The notes beneath the pieces were generated by a model that saw nothing but the letters and a program-made list of their open reading frames with translations, did not search any database and was not told where the DNA came from. Of a stretch of DNA of 64,000 nucleotides, positions 8,933 through 22,660 are shown piece after piece; the first letter of the stretch is position 1, and the number at the start of each line of letters is the position of its first letter. Source of the DNA: Lama guanicoe (lineage: Eukaryota). Where the stretch lies: positions 12,007,325-12,071,324 of the forward strand of contig MU054187.1 in assembly GCA_013239625.1 (NCBI GenBank). Reading direction: 5' to 3'. The position numbers and the translations under genes are program-made.

Positions 8933-11454
8933 CAAACATTTGTACAAGTGTGTATTTTTGTAAGCTGTAAACTTAATACACACGTGTATATACATATGTA
9001 TGTAAATACATGTATGTGTATATATGTATAGTATATCTATGTATCTACACAGAACGTACACAATTTTAGAATAACACTGAAAATCTTATCATGCAAGCCA
9101 TTTTATATCCTGCATTTCTCAATTATTTTGTCATGAGTCTTTTGTAGCAGTATTCAATATTCTGTAAAAAATGATTTTAGCTGTTGTATAAAATTTTAGA
9201 GGGTTTGTAAACATTCTGGCTTTTGGGGTTGTAAGATCTTTTTCCTAGTTTCTTTTAACATGAAAGTGGGCTTTTTTTTTAAACCTTAAAATAATAAGGA
9301 AATTTATTGATACATACTACTTGAAGTCTCCAGGCAGAGTGGGCTTCAAGGTGGCTTGTAATCCTCTTCACTGACCGTGATGCTCTTGGTTCTGTCCTCT
9401 GTGTGTTGACTTCATCCCTGGACTAGTAGCTAGATGGTTGCAGACACTCTGGGTCTCCTATCCATGTAGGCTAATGACCAGAGAAAGGAGGTGACCACAT
9501 TTTTCTGTCTCCCTTCTGAGGGCAAGACTACATTTCACAAGGAATCTCTGGAGAGTTTTTTTTTCTGAAAATTTCCCCCCCCCTTTTCAGTTTTATTAGG
9601 TAGAAATATTACAGTTTGTCTGCACATACACGCTACACTGCATATAAATACATAAATACAATATACTGCATATATTTTTAGTTTACATATATGTACTGAT
9701 CATTGTTTCTAAGAACAGATTAGACCTTTAGCTTTTTAAGCTTACATAATTATCAAAAAAAAATAAAGCCACTACAGACAAGAATCAACAGAATGTGGCA
9801 ATCCAATCATAAAGGACAGTCACATGTTCTTATACATATTCAAGAAATCAATCATCACTTATAAATGATAAGTAGTTCATTTGTGTCCTTATTATTATTG
9901 TTATTATTTTTAGGTTCCTCATATAAATGATGTCATATGGCATTTTTCTTTCTCATTCTGGCCGGAAGTGGGCTCTTATTGAAAGTAAATTTCTAGCCAT
10001 CTGTTTCTTTTAAACCCATCCTTAGAAATTAATGACTCACTCACAGGACAGGATAATTTTGAATACTTTTTGTATACATTGCCAAATTTTTTACTCTTAG
10101 AAGTATATAAACTTACATGTCTATCAACTATATATCATCAGTGAGATTAAATATTTCATATGCCTTAGACATTTGCATTTTTTCTTTTTGCATTTATCTA
10201 ATCAGTTCTCCTTTGAGATATGTATTTTCCTGTTGGTTATGTTTCCATTTTACTTACTAGACATTTTTTCTAAGTTTTTTTCTCTTCACTTTAATCAGGT
10301 TTATTGACATCATTAAGTGGTGCTGGGAAAGTGATTTTATTATTAGGGAGGAAAACAGAGCTTTCCTTCATAATTTACATATAAATATTTGTATGAAGCA
10401 AAATGTATAATATAAAATGATTAAAACTAGAAAAGGTGTATGTGTATATTTGTCAGAGCTTGGGTTAACTAGAAAATCCATGCTTGTTAAATCTACTATG
10501 AGATTGCTGAGCAAAAAATGGTCTAAGGGCTTCGGTTTCCACACAATTATAGGTACACTCATTTCCACATTTAAGGAAGACCTATCATGTTTAGGCTTTG
10601 TGTCCTAGAGAATAAAAACATGAATAACACAAAAACTTTACCTAATATGTTAGACCATGTAGGTGAAGAAAAATAACTGACAGGAGTGTCCCTGTGCACA
10701 GCAGCTTGATGTCTTTCATAGTCAGAATGTAGGCTTCCAGGCCGTATGTTCAGGAGCTAGTGAAACAGCACGGCCATAAAGGACCAAAGCCAATGGGGCT
10801 GTTCCAGAAACCTGTTTAGAAAAGTTCCTACCCAGGCAGCTTTGGTATAGTAGCTGCATGCCTCACTAATGACCCATGAAATCATGGACCTTCACAAAGT
10901 AAAGAGTTTCTCAACAGTATCTAGACTAGACTGACTCATTCAACTCCTGTAGCTAAAAGCAGGATTGGAGGTAGTATAACGTTATCTAAGTGTGAATTAA
11001 GACCTTCTTGAAATGTAGCTCTGATTTCTCACTGAAATTCTGGAGAACACCCCAGGAGAAGGACACATTCATATCTGAGTCTGTTTTATCTACAAACTAA
11101 GAGAACTCGTTGGCATGATACAATCATACAAAGAATTGCATTCTGAAAGAGACATAAAACTGCGGGCAAGACCGTGAAACTAGCTCTTTGCTGCGCTGCT
11201 GTTTCCCATCCCCTCAATCTGACCCACTCGGCACAAGGCCTGAAATGTGCAACCCTTTCCTCATGAAATGTCCAAGCAACCAAGATGCTGTGTGCACATG
11301 CAACTCACTTAGTCACCATCTCCCTTGGAGGAAAAACAAAATGACTGTAAGTACATTTCTTACTGCTTCCCTCTGTCTGTCATTCCTTTACTCCTTTCCT
11401 TCCTTTTTTCTCTTCTTTGACTCTTAACGCACTCACACCTCTTTGGTACCACGT

Positions 11455-12557
11455 GCCATCTGTGTGTCTTCTTTGGAAAAATGTCTGTTCAGATCCTCTG
11501 CCCATTTTTTAATCAGGTTGTTTTTGTTTTGATATTGAGTTGTATGAATTCTTTGTATATTTTGAGTATTACTCTTTATTAGATACATTGTTTGCAAATA
11601 TCTTCTCCCATTCAGTGGGTTACTTTTTCATTTTGTTGAGTTTCTTTCCTTGTGCAAAACCTTTTTAGTTTGATTTAAGTCCCATTTGTTTATTTTTGCT
11701 TTTGTCTCCCTTGCCTGAGGAGACAGATCCAAAAAAGTTTGCTAAGGCCAATGTCAAAGGGCTACTGCCTATGTTTCTTCTAGGAGTTTTATGGTTTCAG
11801 GTCTTGTATTTTATAAGTATGTACTTTTATGTACATGGTGTGAGAAAGTGGTCCAGTTTGATTCTTTTTCATGTAGATGTCCAGCTTTCCTAACACCATT
11901 TATTAAAGAGGCTGTATTTCTTCCACTGTATATTCTTGCCTCCTTCATTGTAGATTAATGGACTATTTGTGCATAGATCCATTTCTGAGCTCTCTATTCT
12001 GTTCCACTGACCTTTGTGTCTATTTTGTGCCAGAACCATACTGTTTTGATTACTGTAGCTTTGTAATATAGTTCAAAATCAGGGTGCATGATACCTCCTG
12101 ATGTGTTCTTCTTTCTTAAGATTGTTTTGGCTAGTCAGAAACTTTTGTGTTTCAATACAAATTTAAGAATTCTTTTTTTGTTTCAGTTCTCTGAAAAATG
12201 CCATTGGCATTTTGATAAGGGATTGCACTGAGTCTGTAGATTGCCTTAAATAGTATAATCATTTTAACATGATTGATTCTTCCAGTCCATGAACACAGTA
12301 TACCTTTCCATCTGTATCATCTTCAAATTTTTTCATCAGTGTCATAGCTTTCTGAGTACAGGTCTTTTACCTCCTTAGGTAGGTTTATTCCTAGGTATTT
12401 TATTATTTTTGATGACATTGTAAATGGGATTGTTTTCTTAATTTCTCTTTCTGATAGTTTGTTTTTAGTGTATAAAAATGCAATAGATTTGTGCATATTA
12501 ATTTTGTGTCTTACGGCTTTACCAAATTCATTGATGAGTAGGGTTTTGGTGGCTTCT
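11455..12557 (-). mobile_element. L1 ORF2 fragment (C-terminal part of RT region and downstream), degraded
   Basis: ORF 12323..12646(-) gives INEFGKAVRHKINMHKSIAFLYT...IPFT...IKYLGINLPKEVKDLYSE, typical of L1 ORF2p; T-rich antisense L1 text. Confidence 0.93.
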
Positions 12558-12814
12558 GAGCACTTGTGTATTACTAGGAACCCTCTATGTAGAGGAGTCA
12601 GGGACATTTTTAGGGACAGGAATAGCCTACAAAGGGAAAATAACATGTGCTTTGTTGTGGTATCAGTGAGATGGTTTAGTACAGGAAATACAGCATGATG
12701 TGCATGGTGGGGGTGGTGGGAGCAGAGTTCAAAGGAACAGAAAATGTGATAACTTGAAAGGCCTTGTGGACCATCAATAGACTAACTGAGAGATTTCAAA
12801 GGATTTTAAAAGTA

Positions 12815-13220
12815 TTTTAACTACTATAACAAATAGATCCCCCAATATTGGACAGTTCAAACACAAGTATATTTCTCACCCAGTTGAAAAGTGCAATTCC
12901 TCCAAGGAAGATCTAAATTAACTGGGGTTGGGAAAATTGAAATGGGACAGTGCTTTGCTCCACAGTCCTTCACAAACCCATAGTGATGTAAGGTCAAGTC
13001 TCAAACACATGATACAAAGTTCACTCTGGCGGGTCCAAACCTAGCAGGCAGAAAAGAAAGAGTATAGTGAATTGAATCTGTACCATCACCACCCACATTT
13101 CCCTACTTGGAGATCAGTCATAGGACCACCCTAACCACAAGAGGGTCTAGAAAATGTAGTCTAGCTCAACCCCAGAAAGAAGAGGAACCCAATTTTTTTG
13201 CCAGACAGCAGTCTCTGTCA
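12815..13220 (-). mobile_element. Ancient MaLR LTR (MLT1-like), degraded
   Basis: tagtcataggaccaccctaaccacaagagggtctagaaaatgtagtctagct-type motif. Confidence 0.45.
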
Positions 13221-14839
13221 CAAGGGTAAAATTAATAGATCTTGGCAACTAATTAGATGTGGAGAAGTGAGACAGGAAAAGTATTCAAGTTCACAGATTC
13301 TTACCTGGACAATTTGGTGGGTACTTATGTTTTTTAATTAGAACAAGAAATACAGGAAGGAAGTATCATCTACAAGTTGTATTATGATTGGATGATATTA
13401 ACAACAACAACAGGTTCTCTCACATCTGCATCTTTTTTCGGGTCACGTACCTCAAGCTTTGAGGGGTAAGGTAAATGCTCTAAGATTATTAAATGCTGTT
13501 AAGTGAGAGGTCAGGGATCCAGAGCTCCCATCTTTAACTACAAACACAACATCTAAGTTAGAATATTCAGAAAGCAGTTGTAAATAGTATTATAAAACTC
13601 AAGAAAATCTAGATATAATTTTGCATGTCATGAGAGCACAGAGAACATTTGAAAGCAGGCCTGTTTGTGACCTGGCCAATGAACAGAGCACAGATAAATA
13701 AGGGAACCAAAGAAACTCTGCTAAGATGAATCTCTTAGTCCTGGGCCCTGGACCACAGCTCCTTTGAAAGCTGAGAATAAGAGTCAGGCAAGCAGTCTAA
13801 ACTTGGGAAAACCAATGCTATCATTTCTGAACCAAGGGGCCATGGGAGGGGAGGGACTAACAGTCTCCACAAATGTAGCTCTGAAATCCCCAAGTCAGGT
13901 GTCAGTTCATGACTGACTAGGCAACACTGTAAACAAAAAACCCAACTATGTCCATCAAGGTCATTCCTGTCCTAGTAAAGAGAACACTAAACATGCTCAT
14001 GAAATGTGTGTCTTACTGTGTCCTCTTGTATCAGGCTCACAAGCAAATGGTATCACGTTTGCCTTGTAAACCTCCAATATCTTTCCATGTAGAGTATGAC
14101 AGAGACTACTGTCTGTTAACAAAGCCTGTGTCCTCGCCTTCCTGAGCCCACCACAAGGCTGTGTTTCCCAGACTCCTTGCAGTTGAGTTTGGCTTTGTGG
14201 CTGAGTCCCACATGCTCAGACATGACGCAACATGCTTCCAGGCCTGGCCCAAATAGCTTCCTTGTGTGTGTGATCTCCATTCATGCTCTTCCTCCATCCA
14301 CTAGCTGTACCTAACTGATTCCAATTTCCTAGAGGATGTCAGAGTCCCAGCAGGAAAAGAGTTGTGTAAACAAGTCTCCTGAACTATAAACAAGAAATAC
14401 ACTCTTATGCAGTTAATGTTGTTGGGGGATGTTTGTTACAACAATTAATGTTACCTTAATAATAGAAAAGATGGTGAAAATTCCTACAACACAGTCACAA
14501 AAGCAGATAGGGTTCTTAAATAAGATTGAACCTGTCACATTGGAAGGTGTGTGGGTTTTAGCCATGTATTATATTCCCAAATTTTGGCACCTGCCCTTAT
14601 GATCTGCCATTCTAGCCCAACTAATCTCTGCAGAAAACAGAAAACATTTAAATGGACAGCAGGGGAGGTCAAACCATGGATAACATAAAGGAAGATGAGA
14701 GGCAAGAAGAGTAAGGAAGAGTGTGGCAGAGCAGAACTTGGGGAATTAAAGAGTGACTGACAGAGTCAAAGGCCACAGTTTAACAGAGGGTAAAAAAATT
14801 GATTTTACCAGTTGAGGATATGAGAGCTAAACAATCAAT

Positions 14840-15225
14840 GTCATAAAATATTTAGTATTTAGAGTGTACCAGGTAGTGTACTAGCCAGAGATGGACAAAG
14901 AGCCAGGAAGACATGGGCTCAACTTCCTAGAGTTTCAGTCTAGAGGGGTGGCTACTTACAAGAGCTTAGTTGAGGCAGATTGCATTTGATTGTGGATTTA
15001 TTGAGCACAGAGGGTGTGACCACAGCAGGATAAAGGGTGATGGGGTAGACAGTGCACATAAGTGATACACAGTCAGGTAGGTGGTTCACACTGAAGGAGG
15101 AAGAGTGATGTGAGATCAGGTCAGAGATTTAGAGAGAGGCCAGGTCACCCAGAACTCTGTAAATTAGGATTAGTGTTGGGGGCTTGGACCAGTGTGTTAC
15201 AAAACCATTGGAAGGCTTAAATTAT
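14840..15225. mobile_element. L2 fragment
   Basis: aaatatttagtatttagagtgtaccagg...gacatgggctcaacttcctagagtttcagtctag...aaaccattggaaggctt. Confidence 0.5.
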
Positions 15226-15276
15226 TCTTTTTTTCTTTAAATATTTGTCTTTCTTACTTTCACACTTTTGAGGAAA

Positions 15277-15803
15277 TTTTTAAATTGAAGTATAGTCAGT
15301 TACAGTGTGTTAAGAAGTTGTGTATGTGTATACAAGGGAATACTACTCAGCCATAAAAAAGAATAAAATAATGCCATTTGCAGCAACATGAATGGACCTG
15401 GAGATTGTCATTCTAAGTGAAGTAAGCCAGAAAGACAAAGAAAAATACCATATGATATCACTTGTATGTGGAATCTAAAAAAAGAAAAAAGAGGACACTA
15501 ATGAACTCATCTACAAAACAGAAACAGACTCTCAGACATAGTAAACAATCTTATGGTTTTTGGGGGGAAGGGAGTGGGAAAGGATAAATTTGGGATTTTG
15601 AGATTTGCAAATATTAGCAACTATATATAAAAATAGATAAAAAGCAAATTTCTTCTGTATAGCACAGGGAACTTCATTCAATATCTTATAATAATCTTTA
15701 ATGAAAAAGAATATAGAAACAAATATATGTGTATATATATGCATAACTTGGACATTGTGCTGTACACCAGCAATTTATCCAGTCCTCTGTTGATGGACAT
15801 TTA
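15277..15803 (-). mobile_element. Young 5'-truncated L1 3' end with internal inversion (15313-15774)
   Basis: Antisense tail 15277-15312, sense middle, antisense 15775-15803; the pieces rejoin into the L1 order seen at 29221-29734 and 52637-53293. Confidence 0.85.
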
Positions 15804-16004
15804 AGTATATTGATCAGTTATTTTGAAGAAGTCTGTTGATTTGGGCTTATTTGATGTTTCCTCATGATTAAATTCAAGTTATTCATTTTTGGCAAGGACA
15901 GTACAAAGGGGTATGATTCCGAGAAGAGAAAGGCAACAAATGGAAAGTACATGAGGTTGTTATATCTTAATGCTGGTGATGTCAGCTTTGATTACCTTTT
16001 TACC

Positions 16005-16690
16005 TGGTGCCTCAACCTAATCCCACCAAGAGACCAAATAGATAATAATCTGACCAGGGAAAATTTATGATATAAAATTACTACCCAAAGGCCAATTGGA
16101 GTAATTGGGAGATTGCTAGTAAGACAGAGAATGCTAAAGAATACAGAAATAACAGACACAGGGGCAGCCACCCTCTTGGTACTTATGAAGTGCTCAGGGC
16201 TAGTGCTGATTCAGAGCCCTCAAGGGAGGTGCAGGTCTGGAAAGGACCCTCTCCAGGGCTGAGACAGAGACCTATTTGGAGAAGATGTGTTTGTGGCTTT
16301 ACTGAGGTCTGCACTGATGGAACTCTCTGGAGACACACATTTTGGGGTTTCAGGGGAAGCTGCCCATGGAGGTGCCACATGATAGAGCCTGCTGAAGAGC
16401 AGAGCCACTGAGAGGGTTTGGGACCCTGTGCAGGGGGTGATGCTAGGGCAGTGGCACTTACGGAGAGACCAAGTGAGGAAGCAGAGACAACGCTGGCCTC
16501 TGCAGGCTGCAGGAGCCACGAGCTGATTCAGGGACTCAACAAAGGAAGCAGAATTAGGAAGAGCAGGCTCAGCATGCTGCCTGGTGGCTGAGGAAGGATG
16601 CACAGGGCACCCAGCTTAGCATCCCGGGGCAGCTGATGGATGGCAGGTCTGGAGCACAGACGTAATAGGTAGGTCACTGGAAGAGGTTTT
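16005..16690. mobile_element. GC-richer insertion (probable LTR) interrupting the old L1M
   Basis: L1M sequence stops at ~16005 and resumes at ~16690 (gtctgccagtttcttcac); family not identified. Confidence 0.45.
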
Positions 16691-17099
16691 GTCTGCCAGT
16701 TTCTTCACTATAAAGTAACTATTTTTTCTCTGTTATTAATAAATACCTGGTGGCATTTATTTGTATAATCACAATATGTTGAGATTATACAAATACACGT
16801 CTATGAATTTCAGCATCTAGTAGTGATTCTTGTCTGAATAATTTACTGTGCCATTTCCCAAATGTTTATTTAATTATTCCCACAATCTTTTATACATTTA
16901 TTATTAAATTTTTGTGCGTGAGGAAGAGCTGTCAGTCTCTCCTATTATTTATTAACTTGTTTATTTACTTATATGAATATGAATGCATGGATAATTATTT
17001 AATTACATGGGTTACAGTATGTTACTATCATTATTTATTTAACTGCTCAAATTCTCCCAGAGTTGACACTGGGCGCTCCTTCAAGGAAGCTCCTGATTC

Positions 17100-17220
17100 T
17101 TTTTTTTTTTTTAAACACTTTTTTAGTGAGTTATAGTCATTTTACGATGTTGTGTCAAATTCCAGTGTAGAGCACAATTTTTGTTTTACATAAACATAAA
17201 AAAAAACCATAAATACAAAA
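17100..17220 (-). mobile_element. Very short L1 3' tail insertion with TSD
   Basis: PolyT plus antisense L1 tail; TSD ctgattcttttt at 17093 and 17221. Confidence 0.8.
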
Positions 17221-18616
17221 CTGATTCTTTTTGACATACTTCCTTTATCTTTTCCTTCTCTCTAGCACCACAAGACGCTCTAGAGTCATCTCGTATTTTC
17301 CCTACCACAACTCCAGCATCGACAGTTTCTTCAAAGAACCTGGGATCAGTTTTAGTGAAAAATCTTATTTAGACACCAAAATTCAGGTGTGAACTCATTG
17401 CTACTGAAGTGACATTTCCCAGTAAGCATGCAAACCTAAAAACTATTTGTATGTATATATGAATACACACACATCTCTATTTGGATATATGTGCATACAC
17501 GTGTGTATACAGACATGTCTATAAATGTGTGTATATATATTAGATATATATTATGTACACAGATGTGTGTATATTGTACTCATAGAGGTGCTATTTCATC
17601 TTATTCCTTTTGTCCTGGCCTTTATTCCTGTATTTTTTTTTCACCTTATTCCCAGCCAATCTCTAATCTAGACAGTAAATAAACTCATTTGTTTCTGGTT
17701 TATCATTCTAGTGTTTATTTTTCCATAGATACATATTTTTTCTCCTCCCTCCTTCTTTCCTACATGAAAAATACCATAGTACAGGTGGTCTTTTGCAATC
17801 CACTTTACTCATGTTTATCCATTTCAGTTTATACATGCTTTTCCTACACAAAGGTTAAAATGCTTTCTTCTAATATTTGTATTGTTCAACATTTACATCA
17901 TTATCCATTTGGAGTGTATTCTTGTGTAAGGTGCGAAGTACAGCTCTAATGTCATCTAATCCCCAGTGGCTGTCATTGTCACAGCCTTCTTTATTTCTCT
18001 TCACTTTTGCTCTAATGATTTGAGATGCCACCTTTATCATACACGAAATTTCCATGTACATTTGGGTACACCTCTGGGCTTTCTATTCTGTTCCACTGTC
18101 CTGTTTATCATGTGTCAGTACAACATTGTTGTAATTAAGTGCTTTAAAATATGCCTCAAAAATCTAGTAGGACTAGATACTCAAAAATCTAGTACCCACA
18201 TACTTTTGTTTCTCTTTTTAGTGTTTTCCTGGCCATTCTTGCATGCTTAGTTTTACCATATGAACATTAGTACCAACTTGTCTAACTTTATTTAAAAGCT
18301 TGCTAGTATGTTTATTGAAATTGCATCGACTTTTTACATTGCCTTAGGGAGAAATGACATGACTCTGACCTTACAAGAACATGTGACATCTTACTTTTTC
18401 AAAGTCTACTTTAGTACTTTTGAGGGGTGCTTTAAAGTTTTCCTGATATAGGTTTTGCATAATTCTTCAATTTTTTAAAAGTGTTTAACCTTTGTTACTA
18501 TTATAAATGAGTTTTCTGTAATATTATAGTATCTGTTTATTCTTTACATAGATGAAGGCTATTGATTTATGTATGTATGTTTATAGTTTGCTACCTTACT
18601 GAATTATTTTATTGTC

Positions 18617-18812
18617 TTTTTTTATTGAGTAATAGTTATTTTACAATGTTGTGTCAGATTCTAGTGTAGAGCACAATTTTTCAGTCATACATGAACATAT
18701 ATATATTCATTGTTACATTTTTTTCGCTATGAGCTACCATAAGATCTTGTGTATTTTTCCCTGTGCTGTACAGTATAATCTTGTTTATTTGTTCTGCATT
18801 TTAAAATCCCAG
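18617..18812 (-). mobile_element. Short young L1 3' end
   Basis: Antisense match to the L1 tail at 53090-53290; flanked by attgtc repeats. Confidence 0.8.
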
Positions 18813-21697
18813 CATTGTCATTGTTTTTATTATGCATTATTAGTACTTAATTATTAGTTTTATCAATGAGTCTCTCAGGTTTCCAAAGTTCACTATCATA
18901 TCACCTATAAATAAAGATCCTCACTGTTTACAGAATATTTTGCCTCTAATTATTTATCCTGTGTAGTCTACTCAGCAAACATATGCTGGAGGTAGTGGGC
19001 ATCATGGCTTTCTTCCCTTTTCTTCCCTATCTCAGTAAAATGCCCTTCACTGACTACGCATTCCATTAGATACTGGCCTTAGAACTAAGACATTGCCAAT
19101 TTTCTTGAGATTTTCATTTTTTTTTAATCAGGAAGAAGTACTGAATTTTGTCAAAGACTTTTCACACTTATGGGAATACATAATTTTTTCTTTGATCTAT
19201 TATCATGGTTTATGATATTAAATGATTTCCTAACATTCAACCAAATTTGTATCCCTGGAATAAATTCTACCTGGTCAATTACATTATTTTCTTAGCATGC
19301 AGTTGCATTCAGATTTCTAATATTTCACCTAGTATTTTTGTGTTAATATTGACAAATATGTTTTGTATTTATTAGGTTTAGTTATACTTGATTCATAAAA
19401 GAGTTGAGGAGTAGACTTTATCAACACATTTTGGAACCATTCATGAAGCATTAAATCTACCTAATCTTCAAAGGTTTAGCAGAATTTTCCTTTAGAAATA
19501 TCTGGACCAGTTACTCTTTAAAAGGAAAGGAGTGCAATTGCTTAATTATTTTCTCTGTTTCTTCTAACAAATTGATCTGTTTAAGCTTTCTCTAGATGAT
19601 GGTATCAACCTGTGTTTCCATAGAAAATTATATACTTCAAGTAGTTTTTCAGATGTATTTATCTACAAGTCAACATGAGTAGTCTCATTTTTTAAAATTT
19701 CTTGTTTCAATGATTCTTTATTCATTTTTATTGAGGTATCATTGATTTCCTTATTAAATTACCATTTAAATTTAGTCTCTTCCTGTGCACTTTGCACTTC
19801 ATTTTTTTCTGACATTTTTTTCTTTTACATATATTTCTTTTCTGACCTCTAGCAACTCTTTCTTTCAGTTTTTTCTTATTTATTTCTGCTTCTTGCTTTT
19901 GAGTTGTTCACTCAGCATGGTTCTCTTGCTGACTAAAGCTTGTGCAAATCTATTCAGTGTGGAGTGTGGTCGTACAGTTTCCTCTGCTTTGTGTTTCAGG
20001 AAATCTTTTCATAGTTGATGTTTGTTGAATCTCATTTCTTTGATTTTTGGGGGGATAAGTCTGAGTAAGATTTGATAATGAATTGGCCATGAGGGATGAT
20101 GGAAAGGAAGAATAAAGGAGCAAGTATGTACTTGTGCTGGCTTTATTATAGAAAGGAAGACTAAAGAAGGAGCACACTCAGGACTGAAGAATTCAGCTCT
20201 GACTGTGTTTACTTTGAAATGTTTACTGTGCATCCCCCTAGAGAGGGAAGTTTGACTATTGACTTTATTAATCTGAAATCTGGGGACAGAATCAAACCAT
20301 GGAATTACCTTGTTATGCTGTTTTATCATTGGTCTTTAAGCCCTTGTTTTATTAAGTTTTCTAAAAAATAAAATGTTCAGGAGAAATTGTCATCTTTGAG
20401 TTTCTTCCCTTAAATCAGCACTTCAGCTTTTGTTTACAAGTTATATTCTTTATTTTAATTTAATTCCTTCTTACTTTAGTAGTTTTATGCAGCAGCCACC
20501 ATCTTTCTTCTTTACATCTTATTTGTGTTGAACTTAAACCGTTTTGTCCGGATAAAGAGAGTCCAGTAGAAATTACAAGTGTATCTGTGGCCTTTCCTGA
20601 ATCATTCTAACTGTCCTGTGCGAGGCTGTGTGTGACCAGGTAGCGGATGTGGCCACATATCATAAGGAGAAGCATGTATTCCCATGGCTCCCCTAATTTT
20701 CCAACAGAGCCTAGAGGCTCTCTTTCTGTCCATGGGCATCAGGCACCCTTGCCCACCCTTGGCCAGACCCCCTGTGGCAGCTATTTGTATTTTTACTCCA
20801 GCATCTCATGTCCCTCCACCTTCACTAATTCTCCTGAAACAAAGAAGGGGAAAGTGGCTTTATGCCTCATTACTTACAAATGTGATGACTGAAGCAGAAA
20901 TCACGGGATTGTGTTTACTCAGAGAGAAGATTCTGAGGCTGAGGTGAGGCCTTTAGGAACATGAAGTTAAAATTCTTTTCTTGTTTGTTTGATACTGGTG
21001 AGTGTTTGGCTTAGAATATTTTCAATTTTGCCTGTTACTAGGCACGGGAGGGGCGTGGATTTTGTGATCTGGTGTCATTCCACCATCTGCACATGGAATT
21101 CCTAAATTAATAACTGCATAATGCAGGAGCTGGAAGTCGGCTGCAAGGGTCTGAAGGATGCAGTAGCAAAGGTAGGTGGCAACAAAATAAGCTACTTTTC
21201 GTTCTCATTTTCTTTTTTTTTTTAATTTCGTATATTCAAATTCATTCATCTTTTATAGCCAATGCTTGTTTTCTTTTAGAAAATAGAAATATTTTCTATT
21301 TTTAACATTATGTTTCGTATTTAAGTCTCTAATGCAACTGGAGTTGATTATTGAAGAGAATATACAATTTTCTCTTTTCATGTATAAACCTTATCCTACT
21401 TCCCGTTGAAGAATATTCCTTTTTGCACACTTACCTCACATGCAACCTCTGTCGTATGCCAAACACCACACATTTGCGATTTTGTTTCTTTGCACTTTGT
21501 TCCATTGGTCAGCTGACATATCCCTGCACGAACACGGACCACACTGTGCTAATTACAACAGCTTAATAGTATCAGATCTGACAAGTGTCTCTTGTCCAAA
21601 CATCACAGAGGTACCCAGGGAATTCTTTTCAATATAACTTTTAGAATAATCTTTGAAAGTTGTACAAGAAACCATGTAAAATCTTTTTTTATAGACC

Positions 21698-21833
21698 TTT
21701 TTTTTTTTTGCAGGGTGGTAAGTAGTTATGTTTACTTATTTATTTGGTTTTCTAGTGGAGGCACTGGGGATTGAACCCAGGACCTTGTGCATGCTAAGCA
21801 TGCACTCTACCACTTGACCTATATACCCTTCCC
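21698..21833 (-). mobile_element. tRNA-Ala-derived camelid SINE (Vic-1-type)
   Basis: ggggattgaacccaggaccttgtgcatgctaagcatgcactctaccac...ataccc preceded by polyT. Confidence 0.88.
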
Positions 21834-22607
21834 ATTGAATAAAGTCTTACTTAGAATAGTTCTTTACTTTAAGCATTATTTTTAATAGTTAACATTTTCA
21901 CCATTTTCTTTTCTTTTTTTTTATTATACATGTTTAATATCTTCCCTTTCTTACTGTTGAATTCTATTAGGTAATTTTAAAATTTTGGTGCATCTGTTCT
22001 AATATTTCTAATTCTGTCAAATTGCTTATTCCAATGTATTGTCTTTAAAAATTCTTAAATGTCTTGTTATTTTCATCTGTAAGCTACCCTTCACTGGAAA
22101 TAGCGATAGTTCTGACAATGGGTATTATTTATCTCCAAAACCCCAGGGAGTGTGGAGTGGGAAATGGATAAGCTCAATAGTAGACAACCAAATCAGCAGA
22201 ACATCACAGCCCCACCTCACCTACCAAACAACTTCACAAATAAAGGCTTTATCTTTTCTCCCTAAGGAGAAGTAATAGCAGAAGAGACACTTCACTTTCT
22301 GCATTGTAATTTAATAGGCTGTGGATGTTGGAGCAGGAAGGATGAAGAAAGTGGCTGCTTTTAGCTACTTTGTCCTGAGCACTTCATAAAATGAGGGCTT
22401 CTGTAACTATTGAATCTTACTCCTGAGAACTTCTGTTCCAGAGCTCTGGGTCATCATAGGTTTGGGAGGTAGGCACAGCTTATCTCGGGGTACTGGAAGT
22501 GGGGAATAAATAGAAGACCTCTAACGTCTACTTTCTTTCTAGCTTCACCCACAATATCTCTGGTTGTCTCATTCCCCAGGACAAAGCTTTCATCTGCCCA
22601 CCCCCAA

Positions 22608-22660
22608 TACACACACATACACACACACGCACATGCACATGCACACACATGCACACACGC
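22608..22660. repeat. Imperfect (CA)n microsatellite
   Basis: acacacacatacacacacacgcacatgcacatgcacacacatgcacacacgc. Confidence 0.85.

Larger units (their letters stand above)
15245..19790 (-). mobile_element. Old L1M (L1MC/ME-like) element with several younger nested insertions
   Basis: Antisense L1M text (tcagttattttg...ttgatgtttcctcatgatta; ctgccagtttcttcactataaagtaact; tgaattttgtcaaagacttt) resumes on both sides of the inserts. Confidence 0.7.

Noticed and set aside
10295..10830. Possible minus-strand terminal exon (acceptor ~10606, AATAAA ~10300)
   Set aside because: No recognisable peptide, the adjacent putative intron is only ~37 nt, and such signals occur by chance in AT-rich DNA
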